Below are positions 1 to 10,245 of a DNA stretch of 64,000 nucleotides, piece after piece; position 1 is the stretch's first letter, and each line of letters begins with the position of its first letter. The notes under the pieces are model-generated. The model made no database searches, was not told the origin of the DNA, and worked only from the letters and a program-made list of their open reading frames with translations. Location: the IMG/VR virus record IMGVR_UViG_3300045988_131144, positions 14,352 to 78,351 of that record. One strand, 5' to 3'. A program made the position numbers and the translations under genes. This DNA is from a virus.

Positions 1-4
1 ATTT

Positions 5-238
5 GTGATGCTGGCAATCATGTCCATCTACGTCAGTATCGTTGAGGAACGTTTCGAGAAGATGAAAGAACTCGCCGAAGAATCCGCTTGGGCTGACAAA
101 GAGAAGGTCGAAGCCCTCGACGAGAAAAAGTATACTCCGCGCAAGCCCGAACACCTCGCGCCGGTCGACGCTGACTTCTTCATTATGCCCGATGGGACGA
201 AAATTCACAGAGCGAGCACCACGAAAAGACGCAGATAG
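5..238 (+). CDS. hypothetical protein (frame open to window edge, may be 5'-truncated)
   Basis: 77-aa ORF co-oriented with downstream genes; no recognisable motif. Confidence 0.35.
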   Translation: MMLAIMSIYVSIVEERFEKMKELAEESAWADKEKVEALDEKKYTPRKPEHLAPVDADFFIMPDGTKIHRASTTKRRR

Positions 239-362
239 CCGCCAGAGGTCACAGGAAGCCGTACAGCAGCGTTTCGGGCACTCGGTAATGAATTTACATG
301 TCCGAAGTCCAAACGCTGTCAAAGCGGTCACAAGCGGCCTTTAACGTAAAGGGAGTAGCGCG

Positions 363-581
363 ATGGTCGAAACAGAATACCCACCTCGGTGCTCAATGCG
401 GATGTTCGAGGGAGTGAGGACACAATACCCTCTTTTCCGAGAGAATGGCCGCGCCCTGTACTGGACAATCGAACATCATGCAGAGGTGAGCCTTGGGGAC
501 TATGAGGTAGTGAAGAAAGACAAAAGCTATTATTTCCAGCAGCTTGGCAAGGCTGTTGAGTTTTTCAATCAGGAGGGATAA
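363..581 (+). CDS. hypothetical protein
   Basis: 72-aa ORF, co-oriented, tightly followed by next ORF. Confidence 0.4.
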   Translation: MVETEYPPRCSMRMFEGVRTQYPLFRENGRALYWTIEHHAEVSLGDYEVVKKDKSYYFQQLGKAVEFFNQEG

Positions 582-584
582 ACA

Positions 585-794
585 ATGCTCAGAGTAACTG
601 ATGACTTTGAAATACTGATACAAGGCGGGTCAACTGACCTTCTTACACAGTACGGCACTCTGACCGCAAACATGTACAGAAGTTTCATCGAAAACGATGT
701 AGGCAAGCCAGCAGAAGTCATGCTGATGCTGACAAAGGCGCTGGTAGCGGGCATAGAAGCTGCGCAGAAAGGCGGTGAAACCGATGGAAATTAA
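585..794 (+). CDS. hypothetical protein
   Basis: 69-aa ORF with GGAGGG RBS just upstream (about 573-578). Confidence 0.45.
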   Translation: MLRVTDDFEILIQGGSTDLLTQYGTLTANMYRSFIENDVGKPAEVMLMLTKALVAGIEAAQKGGETDGN

Positions 795-1134
795 GGACAG
801 CGGCGAAAGAACAGAGTTTGGAACCGGCGCTGTGCGCGATATGCACACTGGGAAAGGTAAAATGGATCTTCTGCCTTGGGCGGCAATCATGGAAGTCTCC
901 AAGCACTGTGAACAGGGGGCCTTGAAATACGGTGAGCACAACGTTGATCGCGGCATCCCCCTTTCATCGCTTTGTGACTCCGGAGCAAGGCATTTGGCAA
1001 AGTTCTTCGACGGTTGGGACGACGAGCCGCACCTTACCGCCGCCGTTTGGAATCTCCTATGGGCGCTGGAAATGAAACTCAAGCGTCCGGATATGTGCGA
1101 TATACCTTGGAGGGCTGAAAATGATAAAAATTGA
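775..1134 (+). CDS. dATP/dGTP diphosphohydrolase-like protein (DUF5664-like N-terminal domain)
   Basis: KDSGERTEFGTGAVRD...GKMDLLPW...GALKYGEHN...HLTAAVWNLLWALEM matches my memory of this phage family; GTG start at 775, alternative ATG at 784. Confidence 0.55.
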   Translation: MKPMEIKDSGERTEFGTGAVRDMHTGKGKMDLLPWAAIMEVSKHCEQGALKYGEHNVDRGIPLSSLCDSGARHLAKFFDGWDDEPHLTAAVWNLLWALEMKLKRPDMCDIPWRAENDKN

Positions 1135-2323
1135 GAATGTGGTGTTGCCTTCTTCCGAACAATGGAAGGCTATTATCATGGGTTGTAGAAATCCTAAAAA
1201 CTCTTGGGACAAGAGTGATAGCGAATTTAACAGGGAGGTAAAAACCTATTTCGATGAGAATGATGTGCCGTGCATAGACTTTAGAAAGTTCGTCATCGGT
1301 CCCGACGACCTGAAGCTTATGGTTAAACTTTGTAACGCCGGTACAGATCACGGGAAATTCATGCGGATGATTCCTGTTTACTTAGACATTACCGCGCCGC
1401 TTTACTGGTGGTCTGAATACGATACATACAAGGTTGGCACGGTTGCTAACTCTTGCTCGAAAATGCACAAACTTCTTTACAAACCATTTGAAATGTCTGA
1501 TTTCAGTTTTGACAAGCTACCCGGCTTTAAGAATGAAATCAAGCAGTTCAGGCCGGAAGTTGATGAAGAAGTGGAACTTTGGAAAAGGATCGACGCTGAC
1601 TATGATGTAAGCAATCAGGGGAGAGTAAGGCACGGAAAAAGAATCCTTTCGGGAAGCGTTCACAGCGACAATTATATTTTGGTTACGCTTCACGGTAAGC
1701 AAATTCCTATCCACCGCCTTGTTGCAGAAGCGTTTATCCCAAACTGCGAAAAGAAGCCGGAAGTAAATCACATTGACGGAAACAAAATGAATAATGCCGT
1801 TGACAACCTTGAATGGACTACAAGGGCTGAAAACCAAAAACACGCCGTTGACAACGGCTTACAGCCTAAACCAGCAAAAACCTATCAGGGAAAGTTTACG
1901 GCTGAACAGCGCGAGGAAATCAAGCATCTTTGGGATTCCGGAATGTTCAGCCGACGGCAGCTTTCAAAGAAATTCGGCGTTTCGCATACCTGCATAAACG
2001 ATATACTCAACGACAAATACAAGTATGCGGAATCCGTAAATGTATTTGAAGAAGTTGCAAGGCCAATAGTGGACACGCTGAACGAATTGCGCGATTCGTA
2101 TTTTGTTTGCGAAAACGAAGCAAGTAAAAAAGAGATTTGGTATTCAATCTTGCAGTTGCTTCCCGAAAGCTACAATCAGCGGCGCACGGTGCAGCTCAAC
2201 TATGCGGTACTGCGGAACATGTATCACGCGAGAAAGGGACATAAGCTCGATGAGTGGAGGAACTTCTGCGCATGGATGGAGACACTTCCCTACTCAAGGC
2301 TTATAACTTGGGATTTGACATGA
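1121..2323 (+). CDS. ThyX-like protein carrying an in-frame HNH (NUMOD4/HNH_3-type) homing-endonuclease module plus HTH
   Basis: Central NQGRVRH...IHRLVAEAF...EVNHIDGNKMNNAVDNLEWTTRAENQKH is an HNH_3 signature, followed by an FGVSHTCINDIL HTH. The flanks (ITAPLYWWSEYDTYKVG...; ...RRTVQLNYAVLRNMYHARKGHKLDEWR) resemble the N- and C-terminal parts of flavin-dependent thymidylate synthase. Confidence 0.55.
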   Translation: MIKIENVVLPSSEQWKAIIMGCRNPKNSWDKSDSEFNREVKTYFDENDVPCIDFRKFVIGPDDLKLMVKLCNAGTDHGKFMRMIPVYLDITAPLYWWSEYDTYKVGTVANSCSKMHKLLYKPFEMSDFSFDKLPGFKNEIKQFRPEVDEEVELWKRIDADYDVSNQGRVRHGKRILSGSVHSDNYILVTLHGKQIPIHRLVAEAFIPNCEKKPEVNHIDGNKMNNAVDNLEWTTRAENQKHAVDNGLQPKPAKTYQGKFTAEQREEIKHLWDSGMFSRRQLSKKFGVSHTCINDILNDKYKYAESVNVFEEVARPIVDTLNELRDSYFVCENEASKKEIWYSILQLLPESYNQRRTVQLNYAVLRNMYHARKGHKLDEWRNFCAWMETLPYSRLITWDLT

Positions 2324-2916
2324 GATACGACAGCCTTGAGGACATGCCCCCGGCGCTGCGGAAGCGCGTGGAAGAGCAGTTTGCAAGAGAACGGACGGCG
2401 GCGCAGATCAAGCAGCGATACGCACAGGGCGCTTCCGAGGTGAGCAAGAGCGCCGCTGCCGCCCTTGAAAAAGACGCGGAGGCGCTTCGCCAACTCAGCC
2501 GGGATATGGGCGCTTGGCAGGAGAAAAAGCCAAAGCGGAAGTACAACAACCAGCCGACCGAGCGACTTTTGTCAAACGGAGAGTGCATCAAGTTCGGCAG
2601 CAAGACCGAAGCGACATATTACGACGAACTGGTTCTGCGGGAGAAGCTTGGACAGGTACGAAAAATCCGCTTGCAGGTGGAATATTTGCTGAAACCGGCA
2701 TACACGGACGGCGAGACCGGGGAACGCATACCGCGAATAGCCTACTTTGCGGACTTCGTTTTCGAGGAGCTTCGTGAGGACGGGAACTGGACAACCCGTA
2801 TTGTGGACACCAAGGGCGGCGGACGAAAAGGTACCAGTACCAAGACTTTTGCCATAAAGCGGAAACTCATGGCAGACAAGGGCTACTTCATCGACACAAT
2901 CGAGCGGCGGAGGTGA
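2320..2916 (+). CDS. DUF1064-family protein (putative nuclease/resolvase-like)
   Basis: KYNNQPTE...FGSKTEATYYDELVLREKLGQVRKIRLQVEY...ADFVF pattern typical of DUF1064; ATG overlaps the upstream stop (ATGA). Confidence 0.6.
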   Translation: MRYDSLEDMPPALRKRVEEQFARERTAAQIKQRYAQGASEVSKSAAAALEKDAEALRQLSRDMGAWQEKKPKRKYNNQPTERLLSNGECIKFGSKTEATYYDELVLREKLGQVRKIRLQVEYLLKPAYTDGETGERIPRIAYFADFVFEELREDGNWTTRIVDTKGGGRKGTSTKTFAIKRKLMADKGYFIDTIERRR

Positions 2917-2920
2917 TTTT

Positions 2921-3067
2921 GTGACACCGGAAGAGTACACGGCATTTAAGCGCCGAGAGTACATGCGCAAGTATCAAGCCGAGTATTGGCGCAAAAATTC
3001 CGATAAAATCAAAACTCAACGCAGGAAACGACGGGATAAAAGGATTGGTGAAGAAGAAAAAGTTTAG
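2921..3067 (+). CDS. small basic hypothetical protein (48 aa, GTG start)
   Basis: Hand-translated MTPEEYTAFKRREYMRKYQAEYWRKNSDKIKTQRRKRRDKRIGEEEKV; GGAGGTG RBS 5 nt upstream; below ORF-track size cutoff. Confidence 0.3.
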   Translation: MTPEEYTAFKRREYMRKYQAEYWRKNSDKIKTQRRKRRDKRIGEEEKV

Positions 3068-3198
3068 ACTCTGTTGCCAAAGTTCCCTTTCCGTCATACC
3101 ATACAAGAGAACATAGAAAATTTCAGGCAGAGTGCTCAAGATAGATATAGCGTGGGCGGCTCTGCCTGTTTTTGATTTGCAGGAGAGGAGGGCGCGCC

Positions 3199-4203
3199 AT
3201 GGCGGACAATACAGTCGTGCAGCGGTGCTGTTTATGCGACAAAGAGCTGAACGATACAAACGCATGGACGCTGCCCGAACGCTTCGGAAAGCGTTACTCC
3301 CCCTACTGCATCAAGTGCCAGCCCAAGGTTTACGACCAGAGGGCAGCAACAGTAGGCTACAAGCTTGCAATGTTCCTTTGCGCGGCAGAGTTCAACATGC
3401 CGTATATGCCCGATCTCTTTAAGGCAGCGCAGAAGCTCCAGAATGACAAAACAAATCCATGGGCAGCATACACGGTGATCCTGTGTCAGAAAGGCTACCA
3501 CAAGGGCGAGAGATTCGTGCAGTTCGTCGACGGCGTGACTGATATCAAGAAAGCCTTTGACGGCAAATCAGAGACGCTGTATGTCGACGATGAAATGCTC
3601 TGCGCCGAGGATTACGTTGAGGGGCGTGTTGCGCAGGAAAAGAAATGGGGAAAAGGCCCCACGGATCACCCTTACACGCAGGAAGATTACGACAAGCTTG
3701 ACCGCATTTACTCGGCCATAGCAGATGGTCGCCCCGCAATAGGCCCCCAAACGCAGATGGCGATAGAGAAGATATCCCGTTGGACACTTGAACAGGATTA
3801 TTACTTTTACAACGGCGACCCGCAGAAAGCAAAACTGCTGGGCGACCTGATAAAAAGCGAGATGGAAAACGAACAGCTCCGCAAAAAGGACGAGCTGCCG
3901 CAAGACCTTGAAAAGCTTGACGGCATAGTGAGGGCGCTCGAAGCCAAGGGGCTGCTTGGACTGCCATTCCCGGAACTGCTGGCAAAACTCCATCCTGAGT
4001 ATCAGATGACAAAAGACGCGGCGGAGCAGATTCTCCTCGCAATTTACAACACAAGCGCGTGGAACGAGGGACGCGCAGAGGTGGCCAGCCTGCCGCCCTC
4101 GCTCCGGCTTGATGACGAGCTGGGCGAGTTCATGCAAGAGCCCGACGAGGTCGAAAAAGAGATTTACCGCAAGCTCGACCTTGTCCGCGGTGATGCGAAA
4201 TGA
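3199..4203 (+). CDS. putative terminase small subunit (by position only)
   Basis: ATG at 3199 behind a GGAGAGGAGGG RBS; N-terminal Cys4 zinc-ribbon-like motif; lies immediately upstream of and overlaps the large terminase. Confidence 0.35.
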   Translation: MADNTVVQRCCLCDKELNDTNAWTLPERFGKRYSPYCIKCQPKVYDQRAATVGYKLAMFLCAAEFNMPYMPDLFKAAQKLQNDKTNPWAAYTVILCQKGYHKGERFVQFVDGVTDIKKAFDGKSETLYVDDEMLCAEDYVEGRVAQEKKWGKGPTDHPYTQEDYDKLDRIYSAIADGRPAIGPQTQMAIEKISRWTLEQDYYFYNGDPQKAKLLGDLIKSEMENEQLRKKDELPQDLEKLDGIVRALEAKGLLGLPFPELLAKLHPEYQMTKDAAEQILLAIYNTSAWNEGRAEVASLPPSLRLDDELGEFMQEPDEVEKEIYRKLDLVRGDAK

Positions 4204-6005
4204 GGAAGGACTACGTTTACAGCCGCAGAAGCGGCGGTTTCATCAAAAAGCAGACCCGACAGGGTGTCAACTATGATGACTTCACCGACGAATGGTGGGC
4301 GCTCCTAATATCGTTTTTCCGGTATTATCCAGATTATCTGGAAGATATCACAGAGAATCCGAACTGCAAATATCACAACAGTCTGATAGGCCGCATAATG
4401 CGGCGAGCAATGGTACGTTACCGCATGGTGGACATCATAGGTTCGCGCGGAACAACCAAAACCAGCGCCGTGATAAGTTCGGCAAGCAATAAAGGCATCT
4501 TATACCCCGGTGAAGTCACAGCGTACTATGGCCCCTCCAATAAGCAGACAGCAAAGATCGCGTCGGAGGCGTGGCACGAATATCAGTACAACTACCCGTA
4601 TTTGGCGAAGCACTGGAACGTTAACAATGATTCGTCGGACACCTTCAAGATAAGCACGGCAGAGGGCAGCGCAGTCGAAGTCGCAATAGACCGAGGACGT
4701 AATACCCACTGTGTCATAGGCGAAGAGTGTGGTCAGGAGGACGGTTCGGTTCCGTTCAATTGGTCAGACTTCAATCAGGTGGTCAAGGCAACAAACCGTT
4801 TGCAGCACCTGATTGACGGCGTTCCGGATCCGTCTCACCAAGACCTTGCCGAGATATACATCACGTCGGCAAGCTCGAAAGAGAACCCCGCCTACAGCGT
4901 TTACATCAAGGCGCGCAAGAAAATGGCTGACGGTGAGAGCGCTTTTGCCTGTGCTATTCCTTGGCAAGTTCCGGTTTTGTGTCATGTAAGACCGTTTGAA
5001 TACTATGACGGGCTGCGAGACACGCTGACGAAAGAAGAGTTCATGCGCGAGTGCGAATCTAAATGCACCGGCAGTGTGGACAATCCCCTTCTTCGAGATC
5101 AGTATGTACAGGATGCCAAGACGCTGACCATTATGGAGGACAGGCATTGCGGCGACCCGAACGTGCGGTACTATATAGGCTACGACGTCTCGTACCGACA
5201 GAGAAATGGCAACGCGATGTGCGCCGAGGTAGTGTTGAAAACCTACGAGCAGCGCAGGAGTACCAGTTTTAAGAAAGACTGTGTTTATTTGACCGACCTC
5301 CCCCCGCTTGATGCGGAGCGGCAGGCGCGGAGAATAAAGAACCGTTGGGCGCAGTACCGTCTTGAGGGAGCGCCTGAACCAATCATCATTATTGACTCAT
5401 GGCAGTTCGGTGAGGCTGTTGTGCAGCAGCTCCATAGAGACCTTGGAGATGGGCTTCCGCCCCTCTGTACGGTCAACAATGACGACCGATACCTCGATTT
5501 GGTTCAGAAAAACGCAAAACCGTGTATTTATTCACTTTATGCAACACCGGGGCGCAGTGGCGCAGACCCCAACATCGACATGCTCGACTACCTCACACGA
5601 GAGTTTGAACATGGCAATGTGGGATTGCTCATAACCAACGTACATGAGGGTACACGGGCTTATAAAATGGCACACAACATCAAGGATGATACGCAGGATG
5701 TCAAAATCCAGCATCCGTACATCAAGACCAAGGAACTGTGCGACCAAATAGCTAACCTGCGCCGAAAGAAAACCGGCAGCGGTTGGACGCAGGAAGAGAT
5801 AAACAAGCACATCAACAAAGACTTGTGGTCGGCAATGATGTACGCCGCGAGGCCGATAAAGCTTGACGAGGATGCTTTCGTAGCGTCGCAGAACCGGCGC
5901 AAGAGTAGCTATCAGGAAGCGGCTGAACATCTCGACAGTGAGATAACATACGCGCCGGTGAGGACGCGGAGCGTCAGACGCCTTGGCCGAGGAGCAATAG
6001 TTTGA
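4200..6005 (+). CDS. terL: terminase large subunit
   Basis: 601 aa; Walker-A-like GSRGTTKTS and acidic IGEECGQED; located upstream of the portal-sized ORF. Confidence 0.7.
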   Translation: MRKDYVYSRRSGGFIKKQTRQGVNYDDFTDEWWALLISFFRYYPDYLEDITENPNCKYHNSLIGRIMRRAMVRYRMVDIIGSRGTTKTSAVISSASNKGILYPGEVTAYYGPSNKQTAKIASEAWHEYQYNYPYLAKHWNVNNDSSDTFKISTAEGSAVEVAIDRGRNTHCVIGEECGQEDGSVPFNWSDFNQVVKATNRLQHLIDGVPDPSHQDLAEIYITSASSKENPAYSVYIKARKKMADGESAFACAIPWQVPVLCHVRPFEYYDGLRDTLTKEEFMRECESKCTGSVDNPLLRDQYVQDAKTLTIMEDRHCGDPNVRYYIGYDVSYRQRNGNAMCAEVVLKTYEQRRSTSFKKDCVYLTDLPPLDAERQARRIKNRWAQYRLEGAPEPIIIIDSWQFGEAVVQQLHRDLGDGLPPLCTVNNDDRYLDLVQKNAKPCIYSLYATPGRSGADPNIDMLDYLTREFEHGNVGLLITNVHEGTRAYKMAHNIKDDTQDVKIQHPYIKTKELCDQIANLRRKKTGSGWTQEEINKHINKDLWSAMMYAARPIKLDEDAFVASQNRRKSSYQEAAEHLDSEITYAPVRTRSVRRLGRGAIV

Positions 6006-6379
6006 TGGATATTACGAAAAACAAACTGTGGGCGCTTCCCACGACTGATAAGAACCTGAAATTGCAGGAAACATTCAGCCATTTCTACTCTGACGCAGAC
6101 CATATACTGATAATTTCTTCCGATAAGCCAAAGGGCGCGATAGAGGTCACGCCTGACCTCGAATACCTCCTGGCACAGTCCGATTGGCTGTGGATATGGA
6201 GCGAAAGTAACGCGGTCCGATGCGAGGAAGAACTAAAATACCGCAAAGAGCTTGACGATTACATGAAGGACTTTGAGAAGCGCTTCTTCGCAGAGCTCGA
6301 TAAAATGCAGAAAGGTGGAGCGGACATTGGAAATACAGCAGATGGGGCCGATGGAAGCTCCGGCAACAACGAGTTATAA
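6002..6379 (+). CDS. hypothetical protein
   Basis: 125-aa ORF overlapping the terL stop. Confidence 0.45.
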   Translation: MMDITKNKLWALPTTDKNLKLQETFSHFYSDADHILIISSDKPKGAIEVTPDLEYLLAQSDWLWIWSESNAVRCEEELKYRKELDDYMKDFEKRFFAELDKMQKGGADIGNTADGADGSSGNNEL

Positions 6380-8054
6380 GGCACTCGGAGAGATATTGCA
6401 GAAAGCCAACAGCATGTACGGCGGCATGGGAATGAGCGACTATTTCACCGCTTTCTCTGCTGCCGGTGGGCTTGGATTTCTGAATAACTGGCCGCAGATA
6501 CAGAACACCCGCGTAAAGGGCATAAACACGCGCCCTGCCGAGTTCACCAAAGATCAGATAAGCACAATGGTGCAGAACCCGGACGGCAGTGAAAAGAGCC
6601 TGAGAGCGGTGTCAGCGTCGCTTGCGTATAGCACCAAGACTTACGATCTGATCCTCAAGACCTATCCCGATACGCTTACCTATTCATGGTACGTATATCC
6701 CACGTACACCGATGCAGAGGTAAGCAAAAAGGATAAATTGCGCGACATGCTGCTGGCACAGCGGCTCGTTCAGACAGTGGGTGTAAAAGAAAAAGCCCAT
6801 GAACTGTGCGGCCTGTGCATGAAATATGGCAAAGTGTTCGTCACACCGCGTATTTCGGTCGACAAAAGCCACAACAAAATAAACTACGCTTTCTTGCAGG
6901 AACTCCCGATGGACTGGTGCAAAATCGTAGGTTACAACAATGGCCCCGGCAAATACACAGTGGCATTTAACCTGTTTTACTTCATGCGGCCGGGCAATGA
7001 CTGGCGTCAGTTCGGTGACCTTTTCGAGCCGTATATGCGGATTTTCGATGAGGTTGTCGTAAAAACGCCGGGGAAATACGTCTATAACACCATCGATACA
7101 GACAAATTCAAAGCCATTCACGCAAATGAGACAATAGGAAATCCCGAATGGGTAGCCGTAGGGCGGCAGTATTTCTACTGGGTAACGCTCCCTGCCGACA
7201 GGGTTTTCACCATCGAGGTAGATGATACCACTCCCCTCGTTATCCCGCCGAACACCGGCATGTTCGTGTCACTGACGCAGATACCTAATTACGAGGCGGC
7301 ACAGCTCGAAATAATCCTTAATCCGTTGACGTCTGTGCTGACTGGCTCGCTTGAAACTTATGACCCGAAGAGCGCAACGGATAACGACCCTATAAGGGTC
7401 TCGGACACGACGAGGAAGCTTTTTGAGTATCTGTGGTATCAGATGCTCAATAAGAACAACACGAGCGGCATAGGGCTTTACCTTGCGCCTGCGAAAGACT
7501 TGAAGCTTCAGACGATTTCTGACACCGTTGCGAACACGGACATAAGCTCGACGGCATATTCAGACCAGATTCTTAAAGCGGGTCTCCCCTCTCTCATTCC
7601 CACCACAAACGACCCAAAGGTCGGCGTGGCGCAGCTTTCAGCTTGGCTTGCGGCTTCTTATGCTAAGTTCATATATGGCAGCATGGAGCGGATTATGAAC
7701 TGGATGATAGAGAGCCTGAACTGCAAGACCCCGATGCGTTTCAAAATGTTCGGCGACATCTTCAAGATAGATGACGAAATTGAGAACGCACGCAAGGGCA
7801 TGACCAACGGCTGTCTCACCGATACGCTCAAATATGATGCGCTGTCCGGACACACGATACTTGATGATATTGCAATATCTGATTTTGTGGACGAAAGCGG
7901 CGTGATGGATAAGCGCAGACCGCTTGTGACATCGTATTCAGCCAAGCAGGATACCAGCGGACTTCCGCCGCAGGCAAAAAAGGAAATCTCCGAGGACGGG
8001 CGACCGGAAGAACGCGGCAGCATAAACAGCGAGACGCATGAGGAAGAGATATGA
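6342..8054 (+). CDS. putative portal protein (start uncertain)
   Basis: About 570 aa directly after terminase, acidic C-terminus; call rests on size and position; ORF is open from 6273. Confidence 0.5.
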   Translation: MGPMEAPATTSYKALGEILQKANSMYGGMGMSDYFTAFSAAGGLGFLNNWPQIQNTRVKGINTRPAEFTKDQISTMVQNPDGSEKSLRAVSASLAYSTKTYDLILKTYPDTLTYSWYVYPTYTDAEVSKKDKLRDMLLAQRLVQTVGVKEKAHELCGLCMKYGKVFVTPRISVDKSHNKINYAFLQELPMDWCKIVGYNNGPGKYTVAFNLFYFMRPGNDWRQFGDLFEPYMRIFDEVVVKTPGKYVYNTIDTDKFKAIHANETIGNPEWVAVGRQYFYWVTLPADRVFTIEVDDTTPLVIPPNTGMFVSLTQIPNYEAAQLEIILNPLTSVLTGSLETYDPKSATDNDPIRVSDTTRKLFEYLWYQMLNKNNTSGIGLYLAPAKDLKLQTISDTVANTDISSTAYSDQILKAGLPSLIPTTNDPKVGVAQLSAWLAASYAKFIYGSMERIMNWMIESLNCKTPMRFKMFGDIFKIDDEIENARKGMTNGCLTDTLKYDALSGHTILDDIAISDFVDESGVMDKRRPLVTSYSAKQDTSGLPPQAKKEISEDGRPEERGSINSETHEEEI

Positions 8055-8206
8055 AAGATCGTGCTCAAGAGAAACCGCCTGAGTTATCTGCCGAAATGAT
8101 AGCAATTATCAACCGACTGCTTCAAGAAGGCAAGCGGCTGGAAATTGCCGCGAAACCCAACGGGATTCACCTTTGGGAGATTAAAAACAAGAAAATAGAG
8201 ATGTAA
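8051..8206 (+). CDS. small hypothetical protein (51 aa)
   Basis: ATGA overlap with portal stop; hand-translated MKDRAQEKPPELSAEMIAIINRLLQEGKRLEIAAKPNGIHLWEIKNKKIEM. Confidence 0.35.
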   Translation: MKDRAQEKPPELSAEMIAIINRLLQEGKRLEIAAKPNGIHLWEIKNKKIEM

Positions 8207-8239
8207 GGAACCTCATGTAGGAGGTTCGACAAAGCCAAA

Positions 8240-8291
8240 GCAGGGCTATTAGCACGAAGAAATTCGTGTTGGTAGCCCTGCTTTTTTATTT
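8240..8291 (+). terminator. rho-independent terminator, preceded by a second hairpin at 8207-8227
   Basis: GCAGGGCTA...TAGCCCTGC stem followed by TTTTTTATTT; upstream GAACCTC/GAGGTTC hairpin. Confidence 0.6.
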
Positions 8292-8313
8292 CACCGCAAG
8301 GGAGGAATGAGAC

Positions 8314-8841
8314 TTGAGAGACTTTTACGCCGCATATCGGGAGGACAGATATTCCTTCCTTTATGAACCGATGCGCAGAGCTATGAGCGCGATGGGAAAT
8401 GCCATGTGGAGTTTCGCGGCGATAAAAGAACAGACATGGTACAGCGGCTATGCGGCGCTGACACGAGCCATTCACGCGCTTGAACACAAGCAGCCGGAGT
8501 ACATAGACCAGCTGAAAGACATCATGGCGAAACTCGGTTTGCCGCTGGTTTATCCGACAATCCCGGAAATGCAGGACAGTTTTTCTTCTGTGGAAGAGGT
8601 GCTGGATAAGTGTATCAACCTCATCGACGGCGTTAACGACGGGCTGTCCGAGGTCATCGAGGTTTGCGACAATGCCAATTTCGAGCCGCTGGCACGCTAT
8701 GCCGAGAACGTCCAGATGGAGAACTATCAGGACAGGCAGTGGCTGTGCGAGGCCAAGGCAATGGCGGAAAACGGCGGGATTAGCAGCACCAGTTTTGATA
8801 ACTGGCTCAACCGCACGCTCAACGTGCCGCAGAAAGAGTGA
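8314..8841 (+). CDS. hypothetical protein (head module)
   Basis: 175-aa ORF, TTG start behind GGAGGA RBS at 8301-8306. Confidence 0.5.
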   Translation: MRDFYAAYREDRYSFLYEPMRRAMSAMGNAMWSFAAIKEQTWYSGYAALTRAIHALEHKQPEYIDQLKDIMAKLGLPLVYPTIPEMQDSFSSVEEVLDKCINLIDGVNDGLSEVIEVCDNANFEPLARYAENVQMENYQDRQWLCEAKAMAENGGISSTSFDNWLNRTLNVPQKE

Positions 8842-8847
8842 TGTCTT

Positions 8848-10224
8848 ATGGCCAAGAACAGATACAAAGGCGCTGAAATAACGCGCACATCGCGAGGGCA
8901 GCTAAAAATTCTGTCCTCTGGCGATAGAAAACTCTACCGGGTCGAGCTGTGGATGCTGAACGACAAGGTGAACCGCAACAACTGGAAGTACATCAACCTC
9001 GCGGCGCACCTGCCTGAGTTCAAGGACATTCCCATTCTGACGGCCTATCTCCCAAGCGGGAAGATCGGCGATGGGCACAACTACGACCTCAAGAGAGACC
9101 CGAAAACGGGTGAAACCTACGCTTCTTTTACTGCCGCCGATGCCGAGAGGATAGTCGGCTGGATTCCGAAAGATGCGGATATCCGCTTAGAGCGGAAAGA
9201 AGACACAAGCTGGATAGTGGCCTCGGCATTTCTGTGGAAATGGTACGCACCGGAATTGGTTGACATGATCGCTCGGCAGGGGAACGGCATGGAAATCTCC
9301 ATAGAAACGCTGGTGACCAAAGAACATATGGAAGGCGACGTTGCGGTCGAAGAGGAATACGTAGTGCTCGGCGTCACCGTCCTTGGCGCGGGAGTTGCCC
9401 CGGCTGTAGCGGGTGCGACCATCCAGTCCCTCTCTGCGATGAGAAACAGCATGGAAAAGATGTGTCTCAAAGCTGCCTCATACGCAAAGGAAGCTACAGC
9501 CAAAACAACCACACACGACAAAGGAGTGAAAGAAAACATGATTGACAAAGCACGACTCAAGGCGCTGTCGGAGAAGTTCAACGGCTATACCGTGGTCGGC
9601 GCTTCGAGCGATCTGAAACTTCTGGCTCTTGTGAACGCGAACGGTGAGCCTTTTACCTACTCCGTCGAGGAGAGCGACAAGGGCAACATCATTCCTGACC
9701 GAATAATGAGAGCCAACGCCTACGTTTCCTACAAGATAGGCGAATCCGAAGTTCAGGCGAGTCTCGATGCCTTTATGGGCGAGGCTGAAATCCGCTACAA
9801 CGCCGCAACTGAGCAGGCGCAGGCCGACGCAAAGACCATCAAGCACCTTTCAGAGCAGCTTGACGCGATGAAGGGCAAGGAGGACAAGCGCCGCCTGAAC
9901 GCCGCAAAGACTGCCCTTGAGGACGAGTTCAAGCAGTGCAACGGCGCGGAGGGCAAGTTCGACAGCGAAATCCTCAAAGACCTCAAGGCGAGGGTTGAGA
10001 ACGGCGATTTCACCGCTCGTGAGGACGCTGACGGCAACTGGATCGGCGAAGCGGAAGTACGCATGAGTGTCAAGGCGCTGTGCATGGACGAGCAGAAGAA
10101 GCTCGACGAAGCAGCTGCCAAAGCAAGCGAGAAGCACTACTTCAACTTCAACAACATCAAAGGCAACTCTGGCGGCAGTCCGCGCACTTTCGGCGAGCTT
10201 TTCAAGGGCGACGCTCACGAATAA
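8848..10224 (+). CDS. putative prohead protease/scaffolding fusion protein
   Basis: 458 aa; globular N-terminal domain followed by a long charged coiled-coil C-terminus (EQAQADAKTIKHLSEQLDAMKGKEDKRRL...); lies before the capsid gene. Confidence 0.4.
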   Translation: MAKNRYKGAEITRTSRGQLKILSSGDRKLYRVELWMLNDKVNRNNWKYINLAAHLPEFKDIPILTAYLPSGKIGDGHNYDLKRDPKTGETYASFTAADAERIVGWIPKDADIRLERKEDTSWIVASAFLWKWYAPELVDMIARQGNGMEISIETLVTKEHMEGDVAVEEEYVVLGVTVLGAGVAPAVAGATIQSLSAMRNSMEKMCLKAASYAKEATAKTTTHDKGVKENMIDKARLKALSEKFNGYTVVGASSDLKLLALVNANGEPFTYSVEESDKGNIIPDRIMRANAYVSYKIGESEVQASLDAFMGEAEIRYNAATEQAQADAKTIKHLSEQLDAMKGKEDKRRLNAAKTALEDEFKQCNGAEGKFDSEILKDLKARVENGDFTAREDADGNWIGEAEVRMSVKALCMDEQKKLDEAAAKASEKHYFNFNNIKGNSGGSPRTFGELFKGDAHE

Positions 10225-10245
10225 TGAAAAAGGAGTGACAAAATA

